A DNA stretch of 64,000 bases, taken from Dehalococcoidia bacterium (GTDB lineage: Bacteria > Chloroflexota > Dehalococcoidia > Lucifugimonadales > VXLM01). The notes below the pieces were generated by a model. It saw nothing but the letters and a program-made list of their open reading frames with translations, was not told where the DNA came from and made no database searches. The translations under genes and the position numbers were made by a program. Positions 63,069-64,000 of this stretch are shown piece by piece. Position 1 is the stretch's first letter; every line of letters starts with the position of its first letter. The stretch spans positions 186,001-250,000 of the forward strand of contig OY759598.1 in the NCBI GenBank assembly GCA_963662435.1, read 5' to 3'.

Positions 63069-64000
63069 ATGAATTCCAGCGACACCACAATGATCAGTGT
63101 CTCTAAGCTGACATTCGATCTCGAGAATCCTCGCCTCGCTGAGCATGACGTCAGAGAATTGTCGTCCGAAACCGACATTGTTCAGGTCCTCTGGGACGAG
63201 ATGGACGTCCATGAGTTAGTGCTGTCGATCGCCGCTAGCGGCTTCTTCCAGCATGAGCCCCTAATCGTTATGCAGAGAACTGATGCGAATGTTGTCATCG
63301 AAGGAAATCGTCGACTTGCTGCGGTTAAGGTACTTTTGGACCCAACACTTATTGGGGATTCTGCAAAAGACATTCCTCCCATTAGCAAGGCGAACAAGAA
63401 GCAACTTAGGTCTTTACCCACCATAACTGGCAGCCGTAAAGAGGCGTGGCGCTACATCGGCTTCAAGCACGTAAATGGTCCGGCCAAATGGAGTAGCTAT
63501 GCCAAATCTCAATACATCGCTAAAATACATAGGGAATTCGGCATTGAGCTAGAAGAGATAGCCAAGCAGATTGGTGACACTCATAGGACCGTGCAGAGGC
63601 TCTTCCGAGGGATGATGGTTATAGAGCAGGCCGAAGAGATGAGTGTATTTGATCGTGAAGACCGCTGGAATAGACGTTTCGCATCATCACATCTTTATAC
63701 GGGTTTGGGCTATACAGGTATCAGTACATTTATAGGTTTACGGCCAGAATCCGAGGAAGATGAGGAGCCAGTACCCCCTGAGAAAAAGGAAGCTCTGCGG
63801 GAACTCTTCCTGTGGCTCTACGGTAGCAAGCGGGAGGAAACGCGCCCTATTATACAGTCGCAGAATCCCGATCTCAGACACCTAGATGCAGTTGTTGCTA
63901 ATAGAGAGGCGGTCGCCGCGCTCCGTGATCGTGGTGATCTTGCCTACGCCTTTGAAGTCAGTCGACCGTCTTCTAATGTCTTTGAGGAATCCCTACTTTC
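63069..64000 (+). CDS. ParB/Srx N-terminal-domain protein, partial; runs off the window
   Basis: Manual translation: FDLENPRL...SIAASGFFQHEPLIV...VIEGNRRLAAVK...KHVNGPAKW. Confidence 0.75.
   Translation, partial: MNSSDTTMISVSKLTFDLENPRLAEHDVRELSSETDIVQVLWDEMDVHELVLSIAASGFFQHEPLIVMQRTDANVVIEGNRRLAAVKVLLDPTLIGDSAKDIPPISKANKKQLRSLPTITGSRKEAWRYIGFKHVNGPAKWSSYAKSQYIAKIHREFGIELEEIAKQIGDTHRTVQRLFRGMMVIEQAEEMSVFDREDRWNRRFASSHLYTGLGYTGISTFIGLRPESEEDEEPVPPEKKEALRELFLWLYGSKREETRPIIQSQNPDLRHLDAVVANREAVAALRDRGDLAYAFEVSRPSSNVFEESLL

Overview
A GC-rich bacterial accessory region with no rRNA, tRNA, CRISPR array or core housekeeping operon. It is dense in mobile elements, defence genes and secreted Pro/Thr-linker proteins with LRR, FN3 and CAP domains. 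By inference the content resembles a host-associated Chloroflexota genome such as a sponge symbiont, but the window cannot prove this. Mobile DNA: two IS1595-family transporter elements each carrying a beta-class DNA methyltransferase fused to a C-terminal HNH nuclease, a single-ORF IS66, two abutting IS701+IS5 pairs at YTAG sites, an IS630, IS3 and IS5 remnants, an ISAs1-like MITE, the 3' half of a group II intron with an extra HNH gene before domain V, and an ICE-like remnant (SF2 helicase, 4xHTH regulator, repeats). The right third is a defence island. It holds a DUF6361-PLD-helicase (Azaca-like) operon divergent from a type I R-M locus. There, hsdM and hsdS are separated by three cargo modules (TIR-membrane-TIR, DUF433/PIN toxin-antitoxin, TIGR02391) bounded by relic copies of the hsdM 3' end and hsdS 5' end, followed by a Dam-like methylase and a ParB-like gene. 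Many genes carry small indels or in-frame TAG stops; some may be sequencing errors. All family calls come from recognising motifs by eye, not from searches.
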